DNA from: Microcoleus sp. | GTDB lineage: Bacteria > Cyanobacteriota > Cyanobacteriia > Cyanobacteriales > Microcoleaceae | Assembly (NCBI GenBank): GCA_052279835.1 | Contig: CP181291.1 | Coordinates: 5,664,001 to 5,728,000, forward strand | DNA: 64,000 nucleotides | Reading direction: 5' to 3' | Shown here: one piece after another, positions 32,997-44,196 of the stretch | How the letters are laid out: each line of letters begins with the position of its first letter | Position numbering within the stretch: position 1 is the stretch's first letter | Notes under the pieces: generated by a model | What the model saw: only the letters and a program-made list of their open reading frames with translations | Databases searched by the model: none | What the model was told of the DNA's origin: nothing | Program-made: the position numbers and the translations under genes

Positions 32997-34826
32997 ATGT
33001 CTAGCTCAGAATCCCTTTCCGTTCCAGAACAGCCCGCTAAAATTGATTTGCCCCGCACCAGCGAGTCGGAGCAACTAAAAAAAATTCGCCACACTACATC
33101 CCATGTCATGGCGATGGCGGTGCAGAAATTGTTTCCCAAGGCCCAAGTCACCATTGGCCCTTGGATTGAAAACGGTTTTTACTATGACTTTGACACTCCC
33201 GAACCATTTACGGAACAGGATTTAAAAGCCATCAAAAAAGAGATGACCAAAATCATCAACCGCAAATTGCCTGTCATTCGCGAAGAAGTCAGCCGCGAAG
33301 AAGCAGAACGCAGAATTAAGGAGATTAATGAACCTTACAAATTAGAAATTTTAGCAGGTTTGATCGAACCCATTACTCTTTACCATTTGGGCGACGAATG
33401 GTGGGATTTGTGCGCTGGGCCTCACTTAGACAATACCAGTGAATTGAATCCAAAGGCGATCGAACTCGAAAGCCTAGCAGGAGCCTATTGGCGCGGGGAC
33501 GAAACCAAAGCCCAGCTACAACGCATTTACGGCACCGCCTGGGAAACCCCCGAACAATTAGCAGCCTACAAACACCGCAAAGAAGAAGCCCTAAGACGGG
33601 ATCACCGCAAATTAGGTAAAGAATTAGGCTTATTTATCTTCGCCGATGCAGTAGGTCCAGGCTTGCCTTTGTGGACACCAAAAGGCACTGTTTTGAGAAG
33701 TATTTTAGAAGATTACTTGAAACAGGAACAAATCAAACGCGGCTATCTGCAAGTAGTAACTCCCCACATCGCCAGAGTCGATTTATTCAAAATCTCTGGA
33801 CATTGGCAGAAATACAAAGAAGATATGTTTCCGCTGATGGCAGAAGATGAGGAAGCCGCAGCCAACGAACAGGGTTTTGTCATGAAACCCATGAATTGCC
33901 CCTTCCACATTCAAATTTACAAAAGCGAACTGCGCTCCTATCGGGAATTGCCGATGCGCTTAGCAGAATTCGGCACAGTTTACCGTTACGAACAATCGGG
34001 AGAATTGGGCGGTTTAACCAGAGTTCGTGGCTTTACAGTGGATGATTCTCACTTATTTGTCACCCCCGAACAATTGGATGCAGAATTTTTGAGCGTAGTA
34101 GATTTGATTCTGTCAGTATTCAAAAGTCTGCAACTCAAGAATTTTAAAGCCCGTTTGAGTTTCCGCGATCCGGACAATTTAGAGAAATATATCGGTTCCG
34201 ATGAAGCTTGGGAAAAAGCTCAGGGTGCGATTCGCCGCGCGGTGGAAACCTTGGGAATGAATTATTTTGAAGGAATTGGGGAAGCGGCTTTTTACGGCCC
34301 GAAACTCGACTTCATTTTCCAAGATGTTTTGGACCGCGAATGGCAATTAGGAACTGTTCAGGTAGATTACAATTTGCCCGATCGCTTTGACTTAGAATAT
34401 GTTGCTGAAGATGGCACTCGCAAGCGCCCGGTGATGATTCATCGCGCTCCTTTCGGTTCTTTGGAACGCTTGATCGGAATTTTGATCGAGCAGTATGCGG
34501 GGGATTTTCCACTATGGTTAGCGCCCATTCAAGTGCGTTTGTTACCTGTTAGCAGTGAATTCCTGCCCTTTGCCAAGGAAGTGGCTGCGAAGATGAAGGC
34601 AAAGGGCATTCGTGCTGAAGCTGATGAGAGTAATGAGCGTTTGGGTAAGTTGATTCGTAATGCAGAGAAGGATAAAATTCCGGTGATGGGTGTTGTCGGT
34701 GCTAAGGAAGTTGAGGCGAATAGTTTGAATATTCGGACTCGTGCTTCTGGGGAGTTGGGGGCGATTTTGGTTGATGAGGTGATGGTAAGATTACAGGCGG
34801 CTATTAGTAGTTACGGGGATTTTTAG
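32997..34826 (+). CDS. thrS: Threonine--tRNA ligase
   Basis: RHTTSHVMA, DLCAGPH, RDHRKLG, KPMNCP, AFYGPKLD, MIHRAPFGS. Confidence 0.98.
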   Translation: MSSSESLSVPEQPAKIDLPRTSESEQLKKIRHTTSHVMAMAVQKLFPKAQVTIGPWIENGFYYDFDTPEPFTEQDLKAIKKEMTKIINRKLPVIREEVSREEAERRIKEINEPYKLEILAGLIEPITLYHLGDEWWDLCAGPHLDNTSELNPKAIELESLAGAYWRGDETKAQLQRIYGTAWETPEQLAAYKHRKEEALRRDHRKLGKELGLFIFADAVGPGLPLWTPKGTVLRSILEDYLKQEQIKRGYLQVVTPHIARVDLFKISGHWQKYKEDMFPLMAEDEEAAANEQGFVMKPMNCPFHIQIYKSELRSYRELPMRLAEFGTVYRYEQSGELGGLTRVRGFTVDDSHLFVTPEQLDAEFLSVVDLILSVFKSLQLKNFKARLSFRDPDNLEKYIGSDEAWEKAQGAIRRAVETLGMNYFEGIGEAAFYGPKLDFIFQDVLDREWQLGTVQVDYNLPDRFDLEYVAEDGTRKRPVMIHRAPFGSLERLIGILIEQYAGDFPLWLAPIQVRLLPVSSEFLPFAKEVAAKMKAKGIRAEADESNERLGKLIRNAEKDKIPVMGVVGAKEVEANSLNIRTRASGELGAILVDEVMVRLQAAISSYGDF

Positions 34827-35101
34827 CGATTTTTTTTACCCCAGATGCACGGAGATTAACGCAGATGATATTTTGAGATTGTCTGCGTTTTTCTAATCGA
34901 CTGGGTAAAATAGTAGAATTAGCAGTCCTGGACGCAAAAAACCCGTTTTATTTGAAAAATCGTCGCTCTCTGGCCTGAGATATTGACGCAGAAACCGGGT
35001 TTTTGACCCCCCGTGCGTTCAGGAATGATCGAGGGCGGGTTTGAGAGTTTGTCAATTATTGGCAAATATTTTTGATGAAACCCGCCCTCACAAATTAATT
35101 T

Positions 35102-36418
35102 TTACAAAACTCGCAGAATACTAGCAATGCTATGAATGGATTCCATCGCCCTAATTTCTGCGATCGCCTGTTGGAAATTGCCTTCTTTAACATCGTGACT
35201 AACAACTACAATTTCTGCTAAATCGCCATGAATTCCCGTCTGCACAACAGATTGTAAACTAACTTTGTGGTTGCCGAAACAAGTCCCTAATTTGCCAATT
35301 ACCCCCGGAGTATCGCGAGTCAGGAAACGAGCATAAAACCGCGTTACCAGTTCGTCCATTTTTGCTATTTGGCAATAGTGTTGGTGATTGCAACTGAGCA
35401 AAGGATGGGGAATCGGAACAGTTTCGGTTTTCAGAATAGCTGCAATGTTCAGAATATCGGATACTACCGCACTAGCGGTGGGTCCGGCACCGGCACCGCG
35501 CCCGTACAGCATCAATTGCCCGATCGGCTCTCCTTCTACTAAAATTGCATTATAAACACCATTGACACTCGCCAGCGGATGAGTTTTTGACACGCAGGTA
35601 GGATGCACCCGAATGGAAATAAGTTCGTTTTCTTTATCCCCATTTTCTTGGGAAGTTTGGCAGTTGTTTTGAGCAATAGCTAGCAACTTAATTACAAATC
35701 CCAGTTTGTCTGCATAGTCAATATCAGAGGCCGTAACTTGTCTGATACCTTCGCAGTAAACATCTGCTAATTTAATCCGGCCTCCAAAAGCTAGGGAAGC
35801 TAAAATAGCGATTTTATCAGCAGCATCTAATCCGTCTACATCCGCTGTGGGGTCAGCTTCAGCGTAACCTAATTGCTGTGCGTCGGCGAGAACTTCAGCA
35901 AAGTCTGCACCTTCTGTTTGCATCCGTGTCAGGATGTAATTAGTTGTGCCGTTGACGATGCCAATCACGGTTTGAATGCGGTTTGCACCCAAGGATTGTT
36001 TGAGAGTTTGGATGACTGGAATGCCGCCACCGACAGCAGCTTCTAACATTACATAAACGCCTTTTGCGTTGGCTGCTTCAAATATTTCTTGACCATAGCG
36101 GGAAATCACAGCTTTGTTGGCGGTGACAACGTGCTTACCGTTAGCAATAGCCTGGAGAATGAGCGATCGGGCCGGTTCCAATCCCCCGATCAATTCTACT
36201 ACAATATCAACTTCCGGGTCAGTGACGATCGCTTCCAGGTCAGTTGTCAGCACATTTTCTGGCAATTGTAAAGACCGAGTTCGAGAAATATCGCGCACAC
36301 CCACCCGATAGATTTCCAATTCCTGCAACAGCGGATGGCGGCCATCTGTAGAGAGCAAAATCTCTGCCGTTCCCGCACCAACCGTACCTAAACCTAGCAA
36401 ACCAATTTTGAAACCCAC
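35102..36418 (-). CDS. hom: Homoserine dehydrogenase with ACT domain
   Basis: GLGTVG, VVTANKA, EAAVGGGIP, NGTTNYIL, GAGAGPTASAV. Confidence 0.96.
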   Translation of the reverse strand: MGFKIGLLGLGTVGAGTAEILLSTDGRHPLLQELEIYRVGVRDISRTRSLQLPENVLTTDLEAIVTDPEVDIVVELIGGLEPARSLILQAIANGKHVVTANKAVISRYGQEIFEAANAKGVYVMLEAAVGGGIPVIQTLKQSLGANRIQTVIGIVNGTTNYILTRMQTEGADFAEVLADAQQLGYAEADPTADVDGLDAADKIAILASLAFGGRIKLADVYCEGIRQVTASDIDYADKLGFVIKLLAIAQNNCQTSQENGDKENELISIRVHPTCVSKTHPLASVNGVYNAILVEGEPIGQLMLYGRGAGAGPTASAVVSDILNIAAILKTETVPIPHPLLSCNHQHYCQIAKMDELVTRFYARFLTRDTPGVIGKLGTCFGNHKVSLQSVVQTGIHGDLAEIVVVSHDVKEGNFQQAIAEIRAMESIHSIASILRVL

Positions 36419-36534
36419 GACTTTGACCCGTTGAAACTGACTTAACCTACAATCATTGTATGATATTCCTGCATTGACAGAATAGCATCCCCGACTTCTT
36501 AAAGAAGTCAGGGATCTAATTTGATATCAGCATT

Positions 36535-37248
36535 CTAAAGTTCTGAATCCATATTTACCCCCATTTCTCGGAGTCGCTGGGCCAATCTTTCGACTTGCTG
36601 TCCCAGTTTCTGATTTTGCTGTTCTAGCTGCTGTCGCTGTGCTTGTTCTTCTCGAATTAAATCTTCTACTAGCGGCCCAGAGAGCACTTCATTCACCGAT
36701 AAAATAAATTCAGGGAACTGTACAGACTGAACCTGCTGTCCCGGCAAAAATTCCTGGTGAGAATAACCGCCTTCATTGTCGGGACGGCTACACACTCGTA
36801 TTTTGAGTAAATTGGGGTCTACGATCCAATATTCGAGGATATCAATTAAGTCATATTCTGCCCGTTTACGGATGTAGTCATCCCGCCAATTTTGACTGGT
36901 AACTTCTATCACTAACAGTGGTTTTTCTTCAAAGTCCAAGACTGCCGAACCAGCTTGGACACAGACTTGTTCCCAAAGACTCTGAGTGCAAATCATCACA
37001 TCAGGAACTCGCGAAGAATTTTCCTCGGTTCGGACTGCGGTAGTGACAACGGCAACTAGCGGCAGGTTATGTGTGGCAAAAAAGCGCCGGAACTGGTAAA
37101 CTAAAAATTCACAAATTTTGATATGTATAGCTGTGGGTGTTGGCATTTCGATGAGATGTCCCCGATATAATTCATAACAAACACCTGATTCTCCCTCATA
37201 GTTCAGATACTCTTCAAAAGTCAGTTGTTGGGTAGAAATTAAAATCAT
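36535..37248 (-). CDS. Uma2/DUF820 family endonuclease with coiled-coil tail
   Basis: LTFEEYL, RVPDV, LVIEVTS, DYIRKRAEY, EYWIVDP. Confidence 0.9.
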   Translation of the reverse strand: MILISTQQLTFEEYLNYEGESGVCYELYRGHLIEMPTPTAIHIKICEFLVYQFRRFFATHNLPLVAVVTTAVRTEENSSRVPDVMICTQSLWEQVCVQAGSAVLDFEEKPLLVIEVTSQNWRDDYIRKRAEYDLIDILEYWIVDPNLLKIRVCSRPDNEGGYSHQEFLPGQQVQSVQFPEFILSVNEVLSGPLVEDLIREEQAQRQQLEQQNQKLGQQVERLAQRLREMGVNMDSEL

Positions 37249-37624
37249 GTCAATTATCTCCCCTTTTCGGTGCGCTTACTTTATATTTTACACTTTAAAC
37301 TCTTGTTGTGTGGGCATTCTGTAATATCTAATCCGGTAGCATCGTCCTGTATTCATCTCTCTTATCTCCCTCTGTGTTCTGGAGCGTTCTAGTAAGGTTA
37401 AATCACCTGACGATGCAACCGGAAACCATATAATATCTCGATCCCCCTCGCATCCCCCACCCCCCCCCAAGGGGGGAAAAAAGGGCAGGGCTGTTTCATT
37501 CTCAGATAAATCATCGTTTTGTAGGGGTAGTGCCACCGTGCCTACCCTCCCCGTCCACGATATCGAATTCTATGCAGCCTCATAAAAAATTGGTATAACT
37601 ATCAACTGCTATACCAGTCTAAAA

Positions 37625-37659
37625 CAGTTGTAGGGCGAGCAAAGCCCGCCCTACAACTG
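37625..37659 (-). terminator. GTAG-REP-like hairpin downstream of petH
   Basis: CAGTTGTAGGGCG-AGCAAAGCC-CGCCCTACAACTG. Confidence 0.6.
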
Positions 37660-37679
37660 AGATTAAATCACCTTACACA

Positions 37680-38912
<1,233 letters not shown>

Positions 38913-39620
38913 TTATAAAGATAGAGAATGTGACCGTAGACTCAATTTACTTTTTTCTTAAGGTCATCGGGACTAATTGGTCGCGTTAATCTTTGAGCCT
39001 CGCCGCCCTGGGCGGGTGTGTCAAGTTTTGCTCGCTCGCGTCCCCAATTCCCAATTAGCCAAACACGCCCACGAACCTCGCCCGGTTGCGTTCAGGTGTT
39101 GACTTATAGCTATTGTTGTCTGCGTACTGCGACTATTTTACCCGATCGGGGGTGCAGCCCCGATAAACAGCGTTAATTCTCAAATCTCAAATCCCCAATC
39201 TCAAATCGACGTTGAGCTTGTAGGGGGCGATCGCATTCTGGTAAGATTAACTACTAAAGTAGTGTTAATAGATCTTAGGGTCTTATGCCCAAGCAATCCC
39301 AAATGCCTTGTGCCATGGGATAGGGAGCTGTGTAGTTCAGCCCAGGCGGGTCAATTCGCTGGAAGTAAAAAAGAAAGGAGAAGGATTCACGCCTCCATGT
39401 CATACATAAATGACTATACTTTTACAAGCTATTAATTACTTGCCTTGAAAATTGCTTGGGTCTTCCTTAGCAGGCAGTCAACAGACTGCTTTATGGTGGT
39501 TTTGCTCGATCCCGTCGGGGTAGCAAAGCCACATCAAGCCTGCTGGTAGCTACCTGTGGGCTGCAATTTTGTGGAATCTACACTTGAGTTAGTAAACAGT
39601 GATTTTTTTAGAGGGAAACT

Positions 39621-40625
39621 ATGACAACTAAGCCGGATCGCGTGGTTTTAATTGGCGTTGCCGGAGACTCCGGGTGCGGAAAATCTACCTTTTTGCGCCG
39701 ATTGACAGATTTGTTCGGGGAAGATTTCGTTACCGTGATCTGTCTGGACGACTATCATTGTCTCGATCGCAAACAGCGCAAAGAAACAGGGATTACCGCC
39801 CTTGACCCCAGAGCCAACAATTTCGACCTGATGGCCGAGCAAATGAAAGCGCTCAAAGAAGGCCGAGGAATCGACAAACCGATTTACAACCACGAAACCG
39901 GCCTGCTCGATCCTCCTGAGCGCGTGGAGCCGAATCATGTGATCGTGATTGAAGGATTGCACCCGTTGTATGATGAGCGAGTGCGATCGCTCCTCGACTT
40001 CAGCGTCTACCTCGACATCAGCGACGAAGTAAAAATCGCTTGGAAAATCCAGCGCGACATGGCGGAACGGGGCCACCGTTACGAAGACGTGCTGTTTGCG
40101 ATCAACGCTCGCAAACCAGACTTTACGGCTTACATCGACCCACAAAAGCAATATGCCGATGTGGTAATTCAAGTATTGCCGACCAATCTAATTAAGGATG
40201 ACAAAGAGCGGAAGGTTCTGCGGGTGCAGATGATCCAGCGCGAAGGCATCGCCAATTTTGAACCTGCGTATTTGTTTGATGAAGGTTCAACAATTAACTG
40301 GGTTCCTTGCGGCCGGAAACTAACTTGTTCCTATCCCGGAATTAAGATGTATTACGGACCAGACTCTTTCTACGGCCACGAAGTATCGATTTTGGAAGTA
40401 GACGGTCAGTTTGAAAATCTCGAAGAAGTGATTTACATCGAGAGCCATTTGAGCAAGACTTCTGCGAAGTATGAAGGCGAGTTAACTCACCTATTGCTTC
40501 AGCACCGCGAATATCCTGGTTCCAATAATGGAACTGGTTTGTTCCAAGTGTTGGTGGGATTGAAAATGCGGGCGACTTACGAGAAGTTGACTGCGAAGGA
40601 ATCGAAAGTAGCTGTTAGTGTTTAG
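39621..40625 (+). CDS. prk: Phosphoribulokinase
   Basis: GDSGCGKST, CLDDYH, IQRDMAERGH, PCGRKLTCSYPG. Confidence 0.98.
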   Translation: MTTKPDRVVLIGVAGDSGCGKSTFLRRLTDLFGEDFVTVICLDDYHCLDRKQRKETGITALDPRANNFDLMAEQMKALKEGRGIDKPIYNHETGLLDPPERVEPNHVIVIEGLHPLYDERVRSLLDFSVYLDISDEVKIAWKIQRDMAERGHRYEDVLFAINARKPDFTAYIDPQKQYADVVIQVLPTNLIKDDKERKVLRVQMIQREGIANFEPAYLFDEGSTINWVPCGRKLTCSYPGIKMYYGPDSFYGHEVSILEVDGQFENLEEVIYIESHLSKTSAKYEGELTHLLLQHREYPGSNNGTGLFQVLVGLKMRATYEKLTAKESKVAVSV

Positions 40626-40717
40626 AACCAGAAAATGAAAGATTTGGGAGGCGCAATTGCGCCTCTTTTTTTTGAAGAGAAATGAACCGCAGAGAGCGCA
40701 GAGGGCGCAGAGAAGAG

Positions 40718-41914
40718 TTAGGAGAGGGTGTTTGGAGGTAGAGAGGTTAAGAAGGTTTTTCCGGCTTCATTGAGATCGTCATCTAGGGAAAAGGTTAGAC
40801 TGCGAACTTGGATATCACCATGTTTTATGTTTAGTGGCTGTTGGAGGTTTTGCGGGTAGATGAGAATTGCATTTTGGCAGTTTAACGCATTGGCGTAGGC
40901 GACTATTTGATGAATGTCATTATTGTCTACTTTATCGGGAGCTTTGTATTTTGTATCGAGGACATAGTGGACTTTTTTTGTTGCAATATCGCAGAGGAGT
41001 AAGTCAATCCGATAGGAATAATTTTGGTCATGGGTGACTGGGTGTTGTTGTTTGACAAAAAAGCCTTTTGGTGTATTTGGTTTGAGCCATTCAGCGACAA
41101 ATTGTTCATATAAATTGGCCATGTTTATCAGAAAAGGGAGCATTTCGCGATCGCCCGTTTCGTGACTAGGCCCTGTGTTATCTAAAAAAAACCGACATAA
41201 GGCGTGTAAAAGTTGATAATCTTGATTCAAACGGTGATAAGTGCGATCGACACAGGCTTCAGATTTAAAAGGTTTTAATGTCACAAATCCTTGGAGTGCG
41301 TGAAAGGTTTTTCGCACAGTGGATGAAACAGATTCACCGCACAAACCGCTGCGGCCAATGATGAATAGTGTCCAAGCGAGTATTTGATTATCTTCGATAT
41401 CGCCTGTTTGTTCGTGATAGTGGCATTTTAGTTTAACATCCCAAGGTTTTTGCAGGGCTGACCGCAAATCGACGCGGCCGCGAATGTAGGCGAGTCTTTC
41501 GGTTTTGGATAAGTAATCGCGATACAATCCTTTGCGACAGCGTTCTAGAATTTTTTGAGCAAGAATGTTAGCTAATCTCTCGTAAATTTGTTTTAAAGAT
41601 TGGCACTGAATCGATCCTTGGGGAAATTTTATCTTAAGGTTGTAGGCATATTCAAGCATTCCGAATAAGTTGTTTATGGGAACCTTTGGGCGGATAGCAA
41701 TGTGAAAATCGGGAGTGATGGGAATGTTGCCAACTCTGCCTTTAGATTTTAATTCCCATTGATCTTTTGTTTTACGGTTGGGAAATTCTATGTCGATTTC
41801 CTTGCCATAATTCTGGTGTATTTTATCTCCTACTGATTCGGGGATAAAATCTCGTTCAAAAGTGGCTAATTGATATTCTGTAAGTTCGATAATTTGGCGT
41901 GATTCTCGTTTCAT
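40718..41914 (-). CDS. mcrC: McrC family restriction endonuclease subunit
   Basis: IRPKVPINNLFGMLEY, MANLYEQFV, IDLLL...LDTKYK...DIHQIVAY. Confidence 0.88.
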   Translation of the reverse strand: MKRESRQIIELTEYQLATFERDFIPESVGDKIHQNYGKEIDIEFPNRKTKDQWELKSKGRVGNIPITPDFHIAIRPKVPINNLFGMLEYAYNLKIKFPQGSIQCQSLKQIYERLANILAQKILERCRKGLYRDYLSKTERLAYIRGRVDLRSALQKPWDVKLKCHYHEQTGDIEDNQILAWTLFIIGRSGLCGESVSSTVRKTFHALQGFVTLKPFKSEACVDRTYHRLNQDYQLLHALCRFFLDNTGPSHETGDREMLPFLINMANLYEQFVAEWLKPNTPKGFFVKQQHPVTHDQNYSYRIDLLLCDIATKKVHYVLDTKYKAPDKVDNNDIHQIVAYANALNCQNAILIYPQNLQQPLNIKHGDIQVRSLTFSLDDDLNEAGKTFLTSLPPNTLS

Positions 41915-41921
41915 AAGATTA

Positions 41922-43640
41922 TCACTGGCTCAATTTATCTTGAATTTTATTCCAGAGAAATTCATCCATTTTTGCCTGGTCATCAAAGAAGTATTCTTCG
42001 AGGTATGGCTCAATTTCCATTTGCCAAATATCTTGGATATCTTCAGCTAATGTTTTTGTCAAAAAGAAGGAGATGCCGAGTTCATAATGTTTGTTGTTAA
42101 TTGTCCGATTGATATTTTTGAGAAGACCAATTAATTTATCAACTATAAAACCTGTTTCCTCTCTCTGGTGATACTGTCGCAGGACTTCATAGTTAGGAGA
42201 AAGAGAGATGAATGCGAAGCGGCGACGGAGTGCATTATCAACTAAGGCAATAGAACGGTCTGCGGTGTTCATTGTGCCGATGATGCGGACATTTGTAGGG
42301 ATTCTAAACTGTTTACCGCTGGCTAGTGTAATAAAGCGCTCTGTGTCTTGTCGGTCATCTAGGAGATACATTAATTCGCCAAAGACTTGAGAAAGATTTG
42401 CGCGATTAATTTCATCAATAATGAGAACGCAAGTATCTTCACGGGCTTCGGCTTGTTCGCAAAATCCGAGGAATCTACCGGGAACTATTGAGTAGGTTAA
42501 TTGTCCGTTTTGAGTTATTGGGCGGAGGCCTTCGATAAAGTCTTCGTAGGTGTAGGCGGGGTGAAATTGGATAATGTCTGAGAAACCGTCACCACCGCCG
42601 ATTAAGTGTTTGGCTAGTTTTTCAGCAATGAAGGTTTTTCCGGTTCCGGGCGGGCCTTGTAAGATGGCTTGGCCTTTGCGGTGAATGGCGTGTATCCATT
42701 GAGTTAGTTGATTTGTTTTAAAACCAGTAGTTTCTGAAATTTCTTCTAATTGATACACTGGGCTAAATTCCTTTTTAGAGATTGAAAGATATTCATCGAG
42801 TAGAAGAGGTAAATCCGGGTCATCGTAGAGACTAGAAATTAAAAATAATGGAAATATCTTTTTAAATATTTGCGCTATTTTATAAATTAGTTGTTGGGCA
42901 GAATATTCTAATATTTGTTGTGATTCAAGTGATATACCAGCAAAAATATCACCAAACAAAACGTCTTCAAATTTTTCAGATTGTTGTGAATCGACAGGAA
43001 CATTTTCCAAGATATTTTCTAATAACTCATACAAATTTTTCTCGGATTTCATTTGGCAATAAATACCCTTCAGGTCGAAATCATAAAAAAAATGCTCGTT
43101 GTCATCAAAATCTTCCTCTATCCAGCTAGATTTTAAAGAAAAATGATGTTGTTTATTACTCAAGTTATAGCATTTGAGGATTTCGATAAAATCAACGTCT
43201 TCTCTATATTCTTCTTTGTAGTTATATAGCATTAACTGAAACACATTTTCTTTTACCTCCAAACCAAAAGTTAATCTCTGATCTTCAACTTTTAACATTA
43301 ACTGAGGAGCTTGGAGAGGAATCATACTGTTAAAAATACAGTAGTCTACCCTATAGACTATATATACCGGATATTTTGATGAATCAATGACGCAACAGCT
43401 CTCATACTTAATATTTATATACTTTTTAATAAAATCAGGTAAATGCTCTTCTACCTGGCTTAAAATATACTTTACTGGTTCTTCTACATATTTTAAAAAA
43501 TCTTTTTTGTGCGTTATGCGAAAATCTGAGCTTGGGTTTTCATAAAATTGTGCCAATAAGCTAAATGTCTCTGCTGAAAAAGGACATTCAGGATGTACAA
43601 AAACTTTTTCCATTTTTTCTGTAGGTTTAAGGTGACTCAA
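41922..43640 (-). CDS. mcrB: McrB family AAA+ GTPase
   Basis: GPPGTGKT, QFHPAYTYEDFIEG, IIDEINRAN, MNTADRS, ALRRRF; start uncertain (43640 TTG or 43613 ATG). Confidence 0.92.
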   Translation of the reverse strand: MSHLKPTEKMEKVFVHPECPFSAETFSLLAQFYENPSSDFRITHKKDFLKYVEEPVKYILSQVEEHLPDFIKKYINIKYESCCVIDSSKYPVYIVYRVDYCIFNSMIPLQAPQLMLKVEDQRLTFGLEVKENVFQLMLYNYKEEYREDVDFIEILKCYNLSNKQHHFSLKSSWIEEDFDDNEHFFYDFDLKGIYCQMKSEKNLYELLENILENVPVDSQQSEKFEDVLFGDIFAGISLESQQILEYSAQQLIYKIAQIFKKIFPLFLISSLYDDPDLPLLLDEYLSISKKEFSPVYQLEEISETTGFKTNQLTQWIHAIHRKGQAILQGPPGTGKTFIAEKLAKHLIGGGDGFSDIIQFHPAYTYEDFIEGLRPITQNGQLTYSIVPGRFLGFCEQAEAREDTCVLIIDEINRANLSQVFGELMYLLDDRQDTERFITLASGKQFRIPTNVRIIGTMNTADRSIALVDNALRRRFAFISLSPNYEVLRQYHQREETGFIVDKLIGLLKNINRTINNKHYELGISFFLTKTLAEDIQDIWQMEIEPYLEEYFFDDQAKMDEFLWNKIQDKLSQ

Positions 43641-44196
43641 TTGTTGTTCCTAAATTATTGTAGCCGATCGCCCTTTCCGACACCGGATATCTGAGATGCG
43701 ATCGCACCCCCCATCCTTACCCACATCAATAGCCCTCCCAAACCAGTAACACAGGCAAAACCCCTAACAACTCTTCCCGGAAAATTTAAACTTGCGCCGA
43801 GTGACTCAGATTTACCAAATTGTCTCTATAGTCGATAATTGAATCCGGCGATCGCGACTAATAACAGGTACATTAAGATACAAAGCAGTAGCAGCAATAA
43901 TGCGATCGGGCAAATCGGGAATTTGCGATCGGTCAACTTGCCTTAAACATTGTAGCATTAAACTGCTTGGAGGTTCCAGTAATTTACTTCTTCCCAGTAG
44001 AGATTATCCACTTCTTCCCACTTCTTCCCACTTCTTCCTACTTCTTCCTTCGCGTCTTCGCGGTTCAATAATACTACTCCCAACAGTACCCCTAAAACTT
44101 AAACTTGTGTCAAAAGTACCCAAATGTGCTATATTCAACCCCGTAAACCCTGAATTGCACTTTCAGGTATGCCAAATTTATCAACGAGTCAACTAA

